From: an uncultured Eubacteriales bacterium
GTDB lineage: Bacteria; Acidobacteriota; Aminicenantia; Aminicenantales; Aminicenantaceae
DNA length: 64,000 nucleotides
Direction of reading: 5' to 3'
Assembly (NCBI GenBank): GCA_964449165.1
Contig: CAYVAT010000001.1
Span: forward strand, 79,159-143,158
Under the pieces are notes generated by a model. It searched no databases and was not told where the DNA came from. It worked only from the letters and a program-made list of their open reading frames with translations. The position numbers and the translations under genes were made by a program. Position 1 is the first letter of the stretch. The number at the start of each line of letters is the position of its first letter. Below, in pieces: positions 1-9,719 of this stretch.

Positions 1-362
1 ACTGCGGGACACCTATCAATCCCCTGTCTGTTCATGGACAGACTGAGGGAGCTGTGGTCATGGGAGCAGGCGAGACGCTCATGGAAGAAGTGGTCTTCGA
101 TGAAAAGGGTAACATTCTTAATCCCAACCTCCATGACTATCTGTTGATGACCATCAAAGATGCTCCTGAGATCTTCAGCGGGATCGTAGAATCCTATGAA
201 CCAGAGGGGCCGTTTGGAGCTAAAGAAATCGGGGAAGGCTCGATTCTTCCTGTTTTACCCGCATTAGCCCATGCCATCGCCAATGCCACCGGAGTTTGGA
301 TAAAAGATCTTCCCATCACTCCGGAAAAAATCCTCAAGGCGCTTAAAAGGAAGGAGCCTTAG
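1..362 (+). CDS. Xanthine dehydrogenase/aldehyde oxidase family molybdopterin-binding subunit, C-terminal fragment (5' end outside window)
   Basis: The ORF is open from the window edge (codon phase starting at nt 3) and translates CGTPINPLSVHGQTEGAVVMGAGE...KEIGEGSILPVLPALAHAIANATG. This matches the conserved C-terminal region of XDH/CoxL-type Mo-hydroxylase large subunits. Stop at 360-362. Confidence 0.6.
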   Translation, partial: CGTPINPLSVHGQTEGAVVMGAGETLMEEVVFDEKGNILNPNLHDYLLMTIKDAPEIFSGIVESYEPEGPFGAKEIGEGSILPVLPALAHAIANATGVWIKDLPITPEKILKALKRKEP

Positions 363-363
363 C

Positions 364-381
364 GAAAGCATCCCTGCTTTC
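364..381. terminator. Hairpin between convergent genes (7-bp stem GCGAAAG-CA/TG-CTTTC, 4-nt loop); weak bidirectional terminator candidate
   Basis: Inverted repeat gaaagca-tccc-tgctttc read directly. No clear U-run follows. Confidence 0.2.
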
Positions 382-483
382 TCCGCTCTGATATTTCCCT
401 GCACCTTTTATCTCCAGTCACTTTGTGCATGACAAAAAATAAGCCATTTCCTCAAAAATGAGTAGCTATAGTATTCCTTTTTT

Positions 484-1236
484 CTATGTGTTCTCTAGGT
501 TAAGAACAATCTGGGGGAGGATCTTTCCGGCCTCATCGTGGATCACATAGTCGGCCAGATCATCCAGAGGAGTTGGCTCTTTATTGATGATGACTAGGGC
601 AGCTCCTCCCTCTTTGGCTCTCAAGGGAATATCAGCTGCTGGGTAGACAACAAGAGAACTCCCTACTGCAAGAAGGAAATCACAGTTGGCTGCCTCTTCA
701 TAGGCCATTTGGAGAATCTCAGGATTCAAGGGCTCGCCGAAGAAGATGACTGTTGGCCTGAGAACGCCCCGGCATTCCGGACAAAGAGGAGGGCATTCGG
801 TCTTCAGCAAAGTGAAGGCTTGGTCTATTGAGCAGGCAAGAGAGCATTCCATACAGGAAATGACCCTGGTTGTTCCGTGCAGTTCAATGACAGAGGAAGA
901 GCCGGCTTCTTGATGAAGTCCGTCGACATTCTGAGTCACCACAGTTCGCAACTTACCTGCTTGTTCCATCTCGGCTAATGCCAGATGAGCAGGATTGGGC
1001 TTGATTTTTTTGAGCAGGGGGTAGCGGATTTCGCGGAAAAAATTCCAGTAATAGGAGGGATCCTGAAGGAAATTATTTATGCTGGCATACAGATTAGGGT
1101 CGTATTTGGTCCACAGGCCTCCTTCTCCTCTATAGGTAGGGATCCCGCTTTCAGCAGAGATGCCTGCACCAGTGAAAGCAACTACATATCGGGAATTTTT
1201 TAGGCCAGCAGCTATGTCTTTCACGATATTGTTCAT
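484..1236 (-). CDS. cobB: NAD-dependent protein deacylase, Sir2/sirtuin family
   Basis: GAGISAESGIPTYRG, QNVDGLH and a Zn-ribbon (CMEC...CPEC) are present. 250 aa is typical of CobB. Confidence 0.85.
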   Translation of the reverse strand: MNNIVKDIAAGLKNSRYVVAFTGAGISAESGIPTYRGEGGLWTKYDPNLYASINNFLQDPSYYWNFFREIRYPLLKKIKPNPAHLALAEMEQAGKLRTVVTQNVDGLHQEAGSSSVIELHGTTRVISCMECSLACSIDQAFTLLKTECPPLCPECRGVLRPTVIFFGEPLNPEILQMAYEEAANCDFLLAVGSSLVVYPAADIPLRAKEGGAALVIINKEPTPLDDLADYVIHDEAGKILPQIVLNLENT

Positions 1237-1281
1237 GTTCCTTTGCTCGACTTCTTCTTCTATAGAACTGCTTATCTCCCC

Positions 1282-2220
1282 TCATTTTTTCTCTCTTTTC
1301 TTGTGCTCCAGGGTTCGGACAACCTTGGTCAAGGATTCGAGAAAGGGTGTGGGAGAGCCGATTTTTTTCCCGTAGTCGATGATCGGCTGGAAGATGTATT
1401 CGATGGGATTACCTGCTTCCAGGTCGATGGAGGTGGAGGGCTTGTGATTACCAGCATTATCCAGATAAGCAAGGCAATTCTCGAAGAAGGTGCGCTCGTA
1501 TTTGAAGCCAAGTTTTTTGGCCACTTGTATGCATTCAGAGAGGATCTGTTCGCAGAGGAAGCGTGTCTCTTCCCTTTCCATGGCCTGTTTCATAGTTAAT
1601 CCTGTGGTAGCGCAGACCGGCATCAGAGCAGCATTGAGGATGGTCTTTTTCCATTCGAACTTTTTTATTTCAGGAGTGTGGACTGTCTCCAGACCCGCGC
1701 CGCTTATGATCCGGGCGATTTCGTCTGCAGTAGACTTGTTTTTAGAGGACAGGACTCCGATATAATTGGGTGGATTGAAAAAGGAGAACCTGACAGTACC
1801 TGGTTTGACGATCATCCCCGCATAATTGATCACAAACCTCAGGATATCATTCTTGCTGAATTTCTCGGCTGCTCTGTCCTCATTATCTATCCCGTTTTGA
1901 AGAAGGACGATTTTTTGGCCCGGCTTATGGATCATTTTCAATTCATCCAGGAGTGTATCAAGATAGTTAAACTTTACCGCCACGAAAATCAGGTCCACAT
2001 CAAACTTGTTCAGGTTCGCTGCGAAGTGACCCGTACCCTTGATTCTTGTGGTGAAATTGTCCCTTACTCCAGTGACCGTGATTCCTTTCTCTTTTATGGC
2101 TTGAATCAGTTCTTTTTTAATATCCACGATGTAGACATTTTCATCGCTCCGGGAAAGATAGGCGGCCATGATGCTTCCCACTGGCCCTGCTCCAATGATA
2201 CCGATGTTGTATTTTCCCAT
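1282..2220 (-). CDS. panE: 2-dehydropantoate 2-reductase (ketopantoate reductase, ApbA/PanE family)
   Basis: N-terminal Rossmann motif IGIIGAGPVGS. Length 312 aa with a PanE-like C-terminal domain. SD AGGAGAG precedes the ATG. Confidence 0.75.
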   Translation of the reverse strand: MGKYNIGIIGAGPVGSIMAAYLSRSDENVYIVDIKKELIQAIKEKGITVTGVRDNFTTRIKGTGHFAANLNKFDVDLIFVAVKFNYLDTLLDELKMIHKPGQKIVLLQNGIDNEDRAAEKFSKNDILRFVINYAGMIVKPGTVRFSFFNPPNYIGVLSSKNKSTADEIARIISGAGLETVHTPEIKKFEWKKTILNAALMPVCATTGLTMKQAMEREETRFLCEQILSECIQVAKKLGFKYERTFFENCLAYLDNAGNHKPSTSIDLEAGNPIEYIFQPIIDYGKKIGSPTPFLESLTKVVRTLEHKKREKK

Positions 2221-2312
2221 TTGCTCTCCTGCTATTCTATCTTCGGTTTGTTTTTGCAGTTATTATAGAAGAAGCCTATCCTCATTTCAAACAAAAACCT
2301 GTTTTCTCCATC

Positions 2313-2341
2313 TTGACACGATTTCAAAGAGTCTGTATCTT
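2313..2341 (+). promoter_or_regulatory. Candidate sigma70-type promoter for the ior-acd operon (TTGACA, 17-nt spacer, TATCTT)
   Basis: Perfect -35 TTGACA at 2313-2318, a 17-nt spacer, and a -10-like TATCTT at 2336-2341, about 95 nt upstream of the iorA ATG. Inferred by consensus only. Confidence 0.3.
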
Positions 2342-2439
2342 TAGATTTAGCTAATCTATTCGATCAGCCCCCAAAAGACTGAATTCAGAACAGGGAGCTG
2401 GATGAATTCCATTTTTTAAAAATCATCGAGGAATGGACT

Positions 2440-4035
2440 ATGAAACAAAAGGTCTTATTAGGAGATGAAGCAGTAGCCTTAGGCGCCATCCATGCGGGTC
2501 TTTCCGGAGGATATTCCTATCCTGGAACTCCCGCCTCGGAGATCATGGAATTTTTAATTAAACACGCTAAAAAGGGAAAAAAGTTTAAAGCCTCATGGTC
2601 GGTTAATGAAAAGGTTGCTTATGAGGAAGCATTGGGTGTCTCGTATGCCGGTAAGCGAGCTTTGGTTTCCATGAAACATGTGGGTCTGAACGTGGCCGCT
2701 GACCCCTTCATCAATTCTGCCATCACTGGTGCCAACGGAGGATTGGTGGTTGTGGTAGCCGATGATCCAAGCATGCATAGCTCCCAGAATGAACAGGACA
2801 GCCGTTATTATGCTCAGTTTGCCCAGGTTTTTTGTTTTGAGCCTTCAAACCATCAAGAAGCCTATGATATGAGCAGAGAGGCCTTTGATGTTTCCGAAAA
2901 GCTGGGCATTCCGGTCATGGTCAGGATGGTTACCCGGCTCTCCCACAGCCGTTCCCGGGTTTTGCCCCGTCCCTCCCGGAGGCAGAATTCTCTCCGCTTG
3001 GGAGTGGACAAAGACTGGACTCTTCTTCCAGTCAACGCCCGAAGGAGATTCAAGATTCTGCTGGAAAAACAGAGCGAGCTGCTTAAGGTATCCAATGAAT
3101 CCCGATTCAATTCTCTCCGGCTTAACAAGGGTGTTCCCTCGCTGGGTATTATAGCCTCCGGGATTGCATATAATTATGTTCTTGAAAATTATAAGAAAGG
3201 GGAAAGTATTCCTTCGATTTTAAAGATATCCACTTACCCTCTTCCTGAAGGACTGATTCAAGAGCTGGTCAACAACGTGGAGACCGTCTTGGTGGTCGAG
3301 GAAGGTTATCCTTTTATCGAGAAGTCGTTGAAGGGGATGTTTGGCATTAGAGGAAAATGTCTTATCGGAAAGTTAAGCGGTCATTTGCCGTTAACAGGGG
3401 AGCTTTCTCCTGAAATCGTTCGGCAAGCTTTGAACATGAAGCCCACTGAAAAACGAACCATAATCGATTTTCCGTTTCCCCCGCGGCCTCCTCAACTTTG
3501 CGCAGGTTGCCCTCATGCAGACACTTATAAGGTATTGAATAAGGCTTTGGAATCCTACTCCCAGTCCAACGTTTTCAGCGATATAGGATGCTACACTCTC
3601 GGAGCTCTTCCTCCTTACAATGCTATTCACAGTTGTGTTTGTATGGGTGCATCGATCGGGATGGCTAAAGGGGGGTCTGAGGCCGGGATCCATCCGTCTT
3701 TGGCTGTTATAGGAGATTCGACATTTGCCCATTCTGGCTTGACGCCACTCCTGGATGCGGCAGCATCCAACACCAACATGACAGTCATTATCCTGGATAA
3801 TTCTACTGTGGCCATGACCGGAGGGCAGCCCACCTATGCATCAGGAGAGGGACTGTTGAGGATGATCGAAGGCGTTGGCGCAGATAAAAAACATACCCGA
3901 GTTATCGAGCCGCTTCCCAAGAATTTCGAGAAGAATGTCCAGATTCTGAAAGAAGAAATCGATTTCCAGGGTCTTTCCGTCATCGTGGCAGCAAGAGAAT
4001 GCATCCAGGAAGCCCGAAAAAGTAAGAGGAGCTAA
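2440..4035 (+). CDS. iorA: Indolepyruvate:ferredoxin oxidoreductase subunit alpha (TPP enzyme)
   Basis: N-terminus GDEAVALGAIHAGLSGGYSYPGTPASEI matches IorA. A CAGCPH Cys motif is present. The gene is followed 3 nt later by iorB. Confidence 0.8.
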   Translation: MKQKVLLGDEAVALGAIHAGLSGGYSYPGTPASEIMEFLIKHAKKGKKFKASWSVNEKVAYEEALGVSYAGKRALVSMKHVGLNVAADPFINSAITGANGGLVVVVADDPSMHSSQNEQDSRYYAQFAQVFCFEPSNHQEAYDMSREAFDVSEKLGIPVMVRMVTRLSHSRSRVLPRPSRRQNSLRLGVDKDWTLLPVNARRRFKILLEKQSELLKVSNESRFNSLRLNKGVPSLGIIASGIAYNYVLENYKKGESIPSILKISTYPLPEGLIQELVNNVETVLVVEEGYPFIEKSLKGMFGIRGKCLIGKLSGHLPLTGELSPEIVRQALNMKPTEKRTIIDFPFPPRPPQLCAGCPHADTYKVLNKALESYSQSNVFSDIGCYTLGALPPYNAIHSCVCMGASIGMAKGGSEAGIHPSLAVIGDSTFAHSGLTPLLDAAASNTNMTVIILDNSTVAMTGGQPTYASGEGLLRMIEGVGADKKHTRVIEPLPKNFEKNVQILKEEIDFQGLSVIVAARECIQEARKSKRS

Positions 4036-4038
4036 GGT

Positions 4039-4614
4039 ATGAAGCAGGATATAATACTGGCGGGAGTAGGGGGACAGGGAATTCTTTCTATCGCTTTTGT
4101 CATCGATAATGCAGCCTTGGAAGAGGGATTGAACTTCAAACAGGCTGAAGTCCATGGCATGGCCCAGAGGGGAGGAGCAGTCCAGTCGCATCTTAGGATA
4201 TCCAGCGAAGTTATTTACAGCGATCTCATCCCAAAGGGAGAGGCGGATATGATATTGAGCGTCGAACCGTTGGAGACCCTCCGCTATTTTGATTATCTTT
4301 CTCCAGAGGGAATAGTGGTATCCAGCTGCTCTCCCTATATCAACATCCCGGATTACCCGAATCTTGAAACGATTCTGGATAAGATTAAAGGTGTGGATCG
4401 GAGAATCATCGTTGATTCTCAGAGATTAGCCAAGGAAGCTGGCTTTTCCAAGGCACAGAACATGGTTGTGTTGGGCGCGGCTTCTTCTTATTTGATCCTG
4501 AAGAGAGAAAGCCTGGAAAGGTTCATCCGCGCTCTGTTCGAGAGGAGAGGTGAGAAAGTGGTGGAAATTAATCTGGAGGCTTTCCGATTGGGCCGCGAAG
4601 CCGCATCTTCTTGA
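4039..4614 (+). CDS. iorB: Indolepyruvate:ferredoxin oxidoreductase subunit beta
   Basis: MKQDIILAGVGGQGILS is the pyruvate/ketoisovalerate oxidoreductase gamma-like fold typical of IorB. 191 aa. Confidence 0.8.
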   Translation: MKQDIILAGVGGQGILSIAFVIDNAALEEGLNFKQAEVHGMAQRGGAVQSHLRISSEVIYSDLIPKGEADMILSVEPLETLRYFDYLSPEGIVVSSCSPYINIPDYPNLETILDKIKGVDRRIIVDSQRLAKEAGFSKAQNMVVLGAASSYLILKRESLERFIRALFERRGEKVVEINLEAFRLGREAASS

Positions 4615-4668
4615 TCAGATGTCGCCTTAAGCTTCAGGGATTTTTATGAGAGTTATCCGGAGGAGAAA

Positions 4669-7035
4669 ATGCAGATCAACTTTAAAGACATAAGCAAAAT
4701 TTTCCAGAGGTCTGAACAGGATGGGAGAAGCTTTCTTCTTGAACATGAAGTGTACCAGATATTGAAGGAGACAGGGATCAAGACCCCGCGATGTCTCTTT
4801 AAGAAGAAAGGTGAGAAGGTGGCGGAGAAGGAATTAATCGTCCTCTCAAGCACGTCTCTTGTGGTCAAAGTGGTTGCACCTATGATTGTCCACAAAACAG
4901 ATGTGGGAGGGATACGGTTTGTAAAGAAGGATGCCCGTGAAATAAACCAGGCTTGTGAGAAGATGCTGCAGACAGTGCCCAGGAAATTTCGGGATTGGGT
5001 GAAGAAATTTCCTGAAGTCGATAAGAAAAAGGTTCTTTCAATAAAAGAGATAGAGAAAAAAATCGAAGGTTTCTTGATTTGCGAGATGATCGATTACGAC
5101 AGAACAGGCTTTGGGACAGAGCTTCTCATGGGGATACGCAACTCAAGGGAGTTCGGACCTATCCTCACCATGGGAGTGGGAGGAGTGGAGATAGAATATT
5201 TGAGTGCCAGGATCAAAGAGGGGAAAGCCATCTCCATAAGTTCGGCTCATGTTTTACCCAAAAAAGACATCCTGTCTGTTCTCGAACCTCTTGCTGTTTA
5301 TGATAAATTGGTGGGTAAAGTCAGGGGGAGAGAGGCTTTGCTTACCAAGGAAGAGCTGGTGGAGACATATTATCGGTTTCAGCAGTTAGCTGCCTATTAC
5401 TCGCCATATGAGACCCATCATCCCTACGTGATCGAGGAAGCTGAGGTCAATCCCTTTGTCGCTTCCAGGAAAAAGCTTATCGCTCTTGATGGGATGTGCC
5501 GCTTTTCCCGAAATCATCAAAAGTCCAGAAAAAGCCGGTTTAAGAATATCCAGTATCTTTTGAAGCCTCGGAGTATCGGTATCATCGGTGTTTCCGAGAA
5601 GATGAATGTCGGCCATATCATATTGAATAACATCCTAAAGGAGGGGTTTTATAAGTGGAATGTGTATGTGGTCAAGCCTGGAAAAGAAGAGATAGAAGGA
5701 TGTGTCTGTGTGCCTGCCATAGCTGATCTGCCAAAGACAGTGGATCTGTTCGTGGTCACCGTGGCTGCTGAGCAGAATTATCAGGTGATGAAGGAGCTTA
5801 TCGAATACCAGAAAGCCCGCTCTGCAATCATCATTGCTGGAGGAATTGGGGAAAAGAAGGGAACACAGGTTCTGGAGGAGAAGATCAAGGAGATACTGGA
5901 GAAAGGCATTAAAGAAGGAAAGCTGACTCCTGTGGTCAACGGCGGAAATTGCCTGGGAATCTACTCCATGCCCGGGAAGTATGATACCACCTTTGTCCCC
6001 GAATACAAGCTCCCTCGCATCACAGGTCAGAAGACTAATCTGGTTTACATCAGCCAGAGCGGAGCATTCATGATTTCCCGGATGAGTAAGCTCCCCAACA
6101 TCGAACCGCTCTATGCCATATCTGTGGGAAACCAGATTGATTTGACCATCTCCGACTACCTCAGCTACTTTGCAGACGACAGGGAGTCAAAGGTTTTTGG
6201 CATCTACGTGGAAGGATTCCTGCCTGGAGACGGTTTGGCCCTGGCCGAGGCGGCCCGGGAAGTTGTCAAGCAGGAGGGGAAGATGATCGTGCTCTACAAG
6301 GCCGGGAGAACTCCTGAAGGGAAGGCAGCCACAGCCAGTCATACCGCTTCCGTGGCCGGTGATTACAGCATCACCAGTTCGATCATGGAAGAGATGGGCG
6401 TGATTGTGGCTGAGACCATTTTTGAGTTCGAAAACTATGTGAAAAACCTCTCTTTCTTGGCAGATAAGGATATTCTTGGTAACCGGATAGCGCTCATCAG
6501 CAATGCTGGTTTTGAGTGTGTAACCATGGCGGATAACTTGAAGAATGATCAGGAGTTTAAGCTGGCCCAGCTCTCTGCGAAGACGGTCAAACGCATTACC
6601 GATGTTCTGAAGGCATCAGGAATTCACCGCTTCCAGGATGTTCACAATCCCCTTGATACGACTCCGGTTGCCGATGATAGTGTTTTTGCGGAGTGTGTCT
6701 GGGCCATGCTCAAGGATGAAAATGTGGATTGTGCCATTGTTTCCCCTGTTCCCATGACTCCCTCTATGCAAACGCTGGTGCCGGGAAGATTCCATGATGA
6801 GAATGTCTATCATCCCAAGAGCATCGTCATGCGCCTGATCGATATTTTCCACAAGACCACTAAACCTTTCGTGGTCAACATAGATGCAGGGGATATTTTT
6901 AAACCCATGGTGGATTGTCTGGAACAAGCCGGCGTCCCCACGTTTCGGCGTTCAGATATCGCAGTTCAATTTTTAAGAAAATACATCAACAACCGTCTCA
7001 AGATAAGAAAAAAATACGCCGAAATCTCCTCCTGA
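4669..7035 (+). CDS. Acyl-CoA synthetase (ADP/NDP-forming), fused ATP-grasp and CoA-binding/ligase-CoA domains
   Basis: N-terminal ATP-grasp (HEVYQILKETGIKTP, VVKVVAP...HKTDVGG). It is followed by a succinyl-CoA-synthetase-like CoA-binding domain (KPRSIGIIGVSEK...) and a ligase-CoA domain. 788 aa. Co-directional with iorAB. Confidence 0.75.
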   Translation: MQINFKDISKIFQRSEQDGRSFLLEHEVYQILKETGIKTPRCLFKKKGEKVAEKELIVLSSTSLVVKVVAPMIVHKTDVGGIRFVKKDAREINQACEKMLQTVPRKFRDWVKKFPEVDKKKVLSIKEIEKKIEGFLICEMIDYDRTGFGTELLMGIRNSREFGPILTMGVGGVEIEYLSARIKEGKAISISSAHVLPKKDILSVLEPLAVYDKLVGKVRGREALLTKEELVETYYRFQQLAAYYSPYETHHPYVIEEAEVNPFVASRKKLIALDGMCRFSRNHQKSRKSRFKNIQYLLKPRSIGIIGVSEKMNVGHIILNNILKEGFYKWNVYVVKPGKEEIEGCVCVPAIADLPKTVDLFVVTVAAEQNYQVMKELIEYQKARSAIIIAGGIGEKKGTQVLEEKIKEILEKGIKEGKLTPVVNGGNCLGIYSMPGKYDTTFVPEYKLPRITGQKTNLVYISQSGAFMISRMSKLPNIEPLYAISVGNQIDLTISDYLSYFADDRESKVFGIYVEGFLPGDGLALAEAAREVVKQEGKMIVLYKAGRTPEGKAATASHTASVAGDYSITSSIMEEMGVIVAETIFEFENYVKNLSFLADKDILGNRIALISNAGFECVTMADNLKNDQEFKLAQLSAKTVKRITDVLKASGIHRFQDVHNPLDTTPVADDSVFAECVWAMLKDENVDCAIVSPVPMTPSMQTLVPGRFHDENVYHPKSIVMRLIDIFHKTTKPFVVNIDAGDIFKPMVDCLEQAGVPTFRRSDIAVQFLRKYINNRLKIRKKYAEISS

Positions 7036-7159
7036 TCGAAGTGGAATTTCCTCAAAAACTCCTGGATGTATAATTTGCTTGCTACTTGTCTTTGTTTTTT
7101 ATACCATGACAAAAAATCAATAGGAACAGTGATAAAACTTTAAATTCAGTGAGGGAATT

Positions 7160-8449
7160 ATGGGAGAAAGAACGCCTTTCCCAAGAGTTTTTTGGGTAGC
7201 TAACAGCGTCGAAGTCTTGGAACGCTTTGCCTATTACGGCATTTACATCGGCTTTGGCATATACATGCAGCAGCTTGGTTTTTCCGCCGGGCAGTTGGGG
7301 ATCGTCCAGAGCATCTTCCTGTTTTTTTCATACGGAATTCCCGTGATATCCGGTACGTTTGCCGACCGGTTCGGGTTCAAGAAAGTGCTCATCGTCTCCT
7401 ACCTGGCATATCTGCCTTCGATATTGCTTCTGATCGCCACAAAATCCTTTTCCGGAATTGCCTTGACCATGCTCAGCATCGGTCTGGCTGCTGGTATCTT
7501 CAAGCCGCTTATTGCGGGTACAGTCAGAGCCGTGACGGACAGAACAAACAAAACCCTCGGTTTCGGTATCTTCTACGCTATGGTCAACATTGGTGCATCT
7601 TTCGGGCCTATAATCATGGGCAAGCTGAGGGTCATTTCCTGGAATTATGCTTTTTTGGCTGGAGCGGTGTCCATAGGGTTGATGCTTTTGGTCACGATTT
7701 TCTTCTACAAAGAACCCGAAAGAGAAATCGAGGGAATCACACTCGGCAAGAAATTCAAGGATATCGCCATCGCTTTTTCAGACTGGAAGTTTGCTGTGTT
7801 TATCGTGCTGTTGGGGTTGTTCTTCTGGCTTCCCTTTTGGGCATTCTTTAATCTGTGTGCTCTCTATGTTGACAGAAATATAGATACGGCCCAGCTCTAT
7901 CTTAATCTGAAAAGTGTTTTTGGCAGCGGCTTTGCCAACTTCTTATCCCATACTGACGAGGCAGGGGTGAGGCGTATACTGGGAGAAACTATCTCTCATA
8001 CAGGCTATATCATCATGATTTTTCAGATCTTGGTTTCCCGCATCGTCGAAAGGTTCAAAGCCATCCCCACCTTTCTCTCCGGCCTTTTTGTAGCAGCTGT
8101 CGGATTGGGGATTCTGGGATATGCAAAAGTCTCTGCTCCGGCCTTCATATTCCTCGGAATTTTCTTTTTTGCTTTCGGCGAGATGATCTCCTCCCCCAGA
8201 ATTCAGGAGTACATCACCTGGATTGCCCCCAAGGAAAAAGCAGGCCTCTACATGGGGCTTAATTTCGTGGCCCTCTTGATCGGGGCAGCCCTGAGCGGTG
8301 TGACGTACACTTCCCTCTATGGGGCCTATCTCAAGATGAATCATCCGGAATACATCTGGTATACAGCAGGAGGTCAGCTTATATTGGGAATATTCCTCAT
8401 CTTGATATTCGTAAAATCGGCCGGTGAATTCAAAGAACGGGAGGAGTAG
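7160..8449 (+). CDS. MFS-type transporter (12 predicted TM segments)
   Basis: Hydrophobicity pattern and length of 429 aa. Substrate not inferable. Confidence 0.55.
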   Translation: MGERTPFPRVFWVANSVEVLERFAYYGIYIGFGIYMQQLGFSAGQLGIVQSIFLFFSYGIPVISGTFADRFGFKKVLIVSYLAYLPSILLLIATKSFSGIALTMLSIGLAAGIFKPLIAGTVRAVTDRTNKTLGFGIFYAMVNIGASFGPIIMGKLRVISWNYAFLAGAVSIGLMLLVTIFFYKEPEREIEGITLGKKFKDIAIAFSDWKFAVFIVLLGLFFWLPFWAFFNLCALYVDRNIDTAQLYLNLKSVFGSGFANFLSHTDEAGVRRILGETISHTGYIIMIFQILVSRIVERFKAIPTFLSGLFVAAVGLGILGYAKVSAPAFIFLGIFFFAFGEMISSPRIQEYITWIAPKEKAGLYMGLNFVALLIGAALSGVTYTSLYGAYLKMNHPEYIWYTAGGQLILGIFLILIFVKSAGEFKEREE

Positions 8450-8510
8450 GGAGGCCTTTTTCTTCATTCAGCTTTTATTTTGAGAATATAAGTTAAAAGA
8501 GGAGGGTTTG

Positions 8511-9692
8511 ATGCTCATAAGAGAGAAGGTGGAGCAGGCGATAAAAATTTTGGATGAATACGATATTGACTGCTGGGTGACATTTGTCAGAGAGAGCGGG
8601 ATCGTCAGAGATCCTATGCTGGCTTATCTGGTGCAGGCCGATGTAACCTGGCAATCGGCCTTTATTATCACCAGATCTGGAGAGACATACGCCATCGTGG
8701 GGCAGATGGACAGACAGACCATCGAGGACCTGGGAGTTTACAAGCACATCTTGAGTTATGTCAAGGGGATCAAGGAGAGCTTGATAAACACTTTTAAACA
8801 GATCAATCCTTCCACGATTGCCGTGAATTACTCCAAAGACAGCGAGATAAGCGATGGATTAACACATGGCATGTATCTAACTCTTTTCGACTTCCTTGCA
8901 GAAATCGGATTTGAAGAAAGGCTTGTCTCTGCTGAAAAGATTACCTCAAGCCTCAAAGCAAGGAAAGCAGAGTATGAAATCGAGCGGATGAAGAAGGCCA
9001 TCGCTCACACTCTAGATATCATTGCCTTGGCCAGATCATTCATCCAGCCTGGGAGATCAGAGAAGGAAATCGCCTCGTTCATGATTCGGGAAGTGGAAAA
9101 GAAAAACCTGGAATTTGCTTGGGAGAAGTCTCATTGCCCTGCGGTTTTCACGGGTCCGGAAACAGCAGAAGCTCATTACAAGCCCACTGACCGAAAGGTG
9201 GAGAGAGGGCATGTCCTCAACATGGATTTCGGTGTCAAATACCAGGATTACTGCGCGGATATGCAAAGGACGTTTTACATACTCGAAGAAGGACAGGAGC
9301 AGGCGCCCCCTGAGGTACAGAAGGGTTTTGAAACGATCGTGACTTCCATCGAGCTGGCAAGAAAAGTCCTGAGACCCGGAGTCATAGGACGGGATGTGGA
9401 TGCTGCTGCCCGGGAATACATCATTTCGCAGGGATACGAAGAATTCCCCCACGGTCTCGGGCATCAGGTGGGCCGGTTCGCCCATGATGGGACAGCTCTC
9501 CTCGGGCCTCCCTGGGAAAAGTATGCCCGAAAGCCCTTTGAGCCAATAGAGGAGGGGATGGTCTTTACCATCGAGCCCAGGCTGAAGGTCCCAGGACGGG
9601 GCATTGTGACCATCGAAGAGATGGTTGTCGTGACAGAGCGAGGAGCCGAGTTCCTGGCTGAGCCTCAAAAAGAATTGATTCTGGTGAAATAA
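8511..9692 (+). CDS. M24 family metallopeptidase (Xaa-Pro aminopeptidase/prolidase-like) with creatinase-like N-domain
   Basis: Pita-bread-fold metal ligand context (HGLGHQVG, DMQRTF, TIEP). The probable start is the ATG at 8511, preceded by AAAGAGGAGGG. The track start at 8508 is a TTG. Confidence 0.8.
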   Translation: MLIREKVEQAIKILDEYDIDCWVTFVRESGIVRDPMLAYLVQADVTWQSAFIITRSGETYAIVGQMDRQTIEDLGVYKHILSYVKGIKESLINTFKQINPSTIAVNYSKDSEISDGLTHGMYLTLFDFLAEIGFEERLVSAEKITSSLKARKAEYEIERMKKAIAHTLDIIALARSFIQPGRSEKEIASFMIREVEKKNLEFAWEKSHCPAVFTGPETAEAHYKPTDRKVERGHVLNMDFGVKYQDYCADMQRTFYILEEGQEQAPPEVQKGFETIVTSIELARKVLRPGVIGRDVDAAAREYIISQGYEEFPHGLGHQVGRFAHDGTALLGPPWEKYARKPFEPIEEGMVFTIEPRLKVPGRGIVTIEEMVVVTERGAEFLAEPQKELILVK

Positions 9693-9700
9693 GCCTGTCC

Positions 9701-9719
9701 TGTAAAGACGGTTTACAGC
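9701..9719. terminator. 7-bp hairpin (CTGTAAA/TTTACAG) between convergent genes; weak terminator candidate
   Basis: Inverted repeat read directly. No U-run. Confidence 0.2.

Noticed and set aside
484-1236. Sir2 domain as a possible anti-phage (Thoeris/DSR-like) effector
   Set aside because: The protein has the deacylase-type Zn ribbon (CxxC...CxxC) and canonical CobB length, and no partner genes. It is housekeeping CobB-like.
985-2268. Plus-strand ORFs 985-1203, 1160-1375, 1243-1599, 1490-1765, 1678-2268
   Set aside because: They are antisense shadow ORFs within the cobB and panE coding regions.
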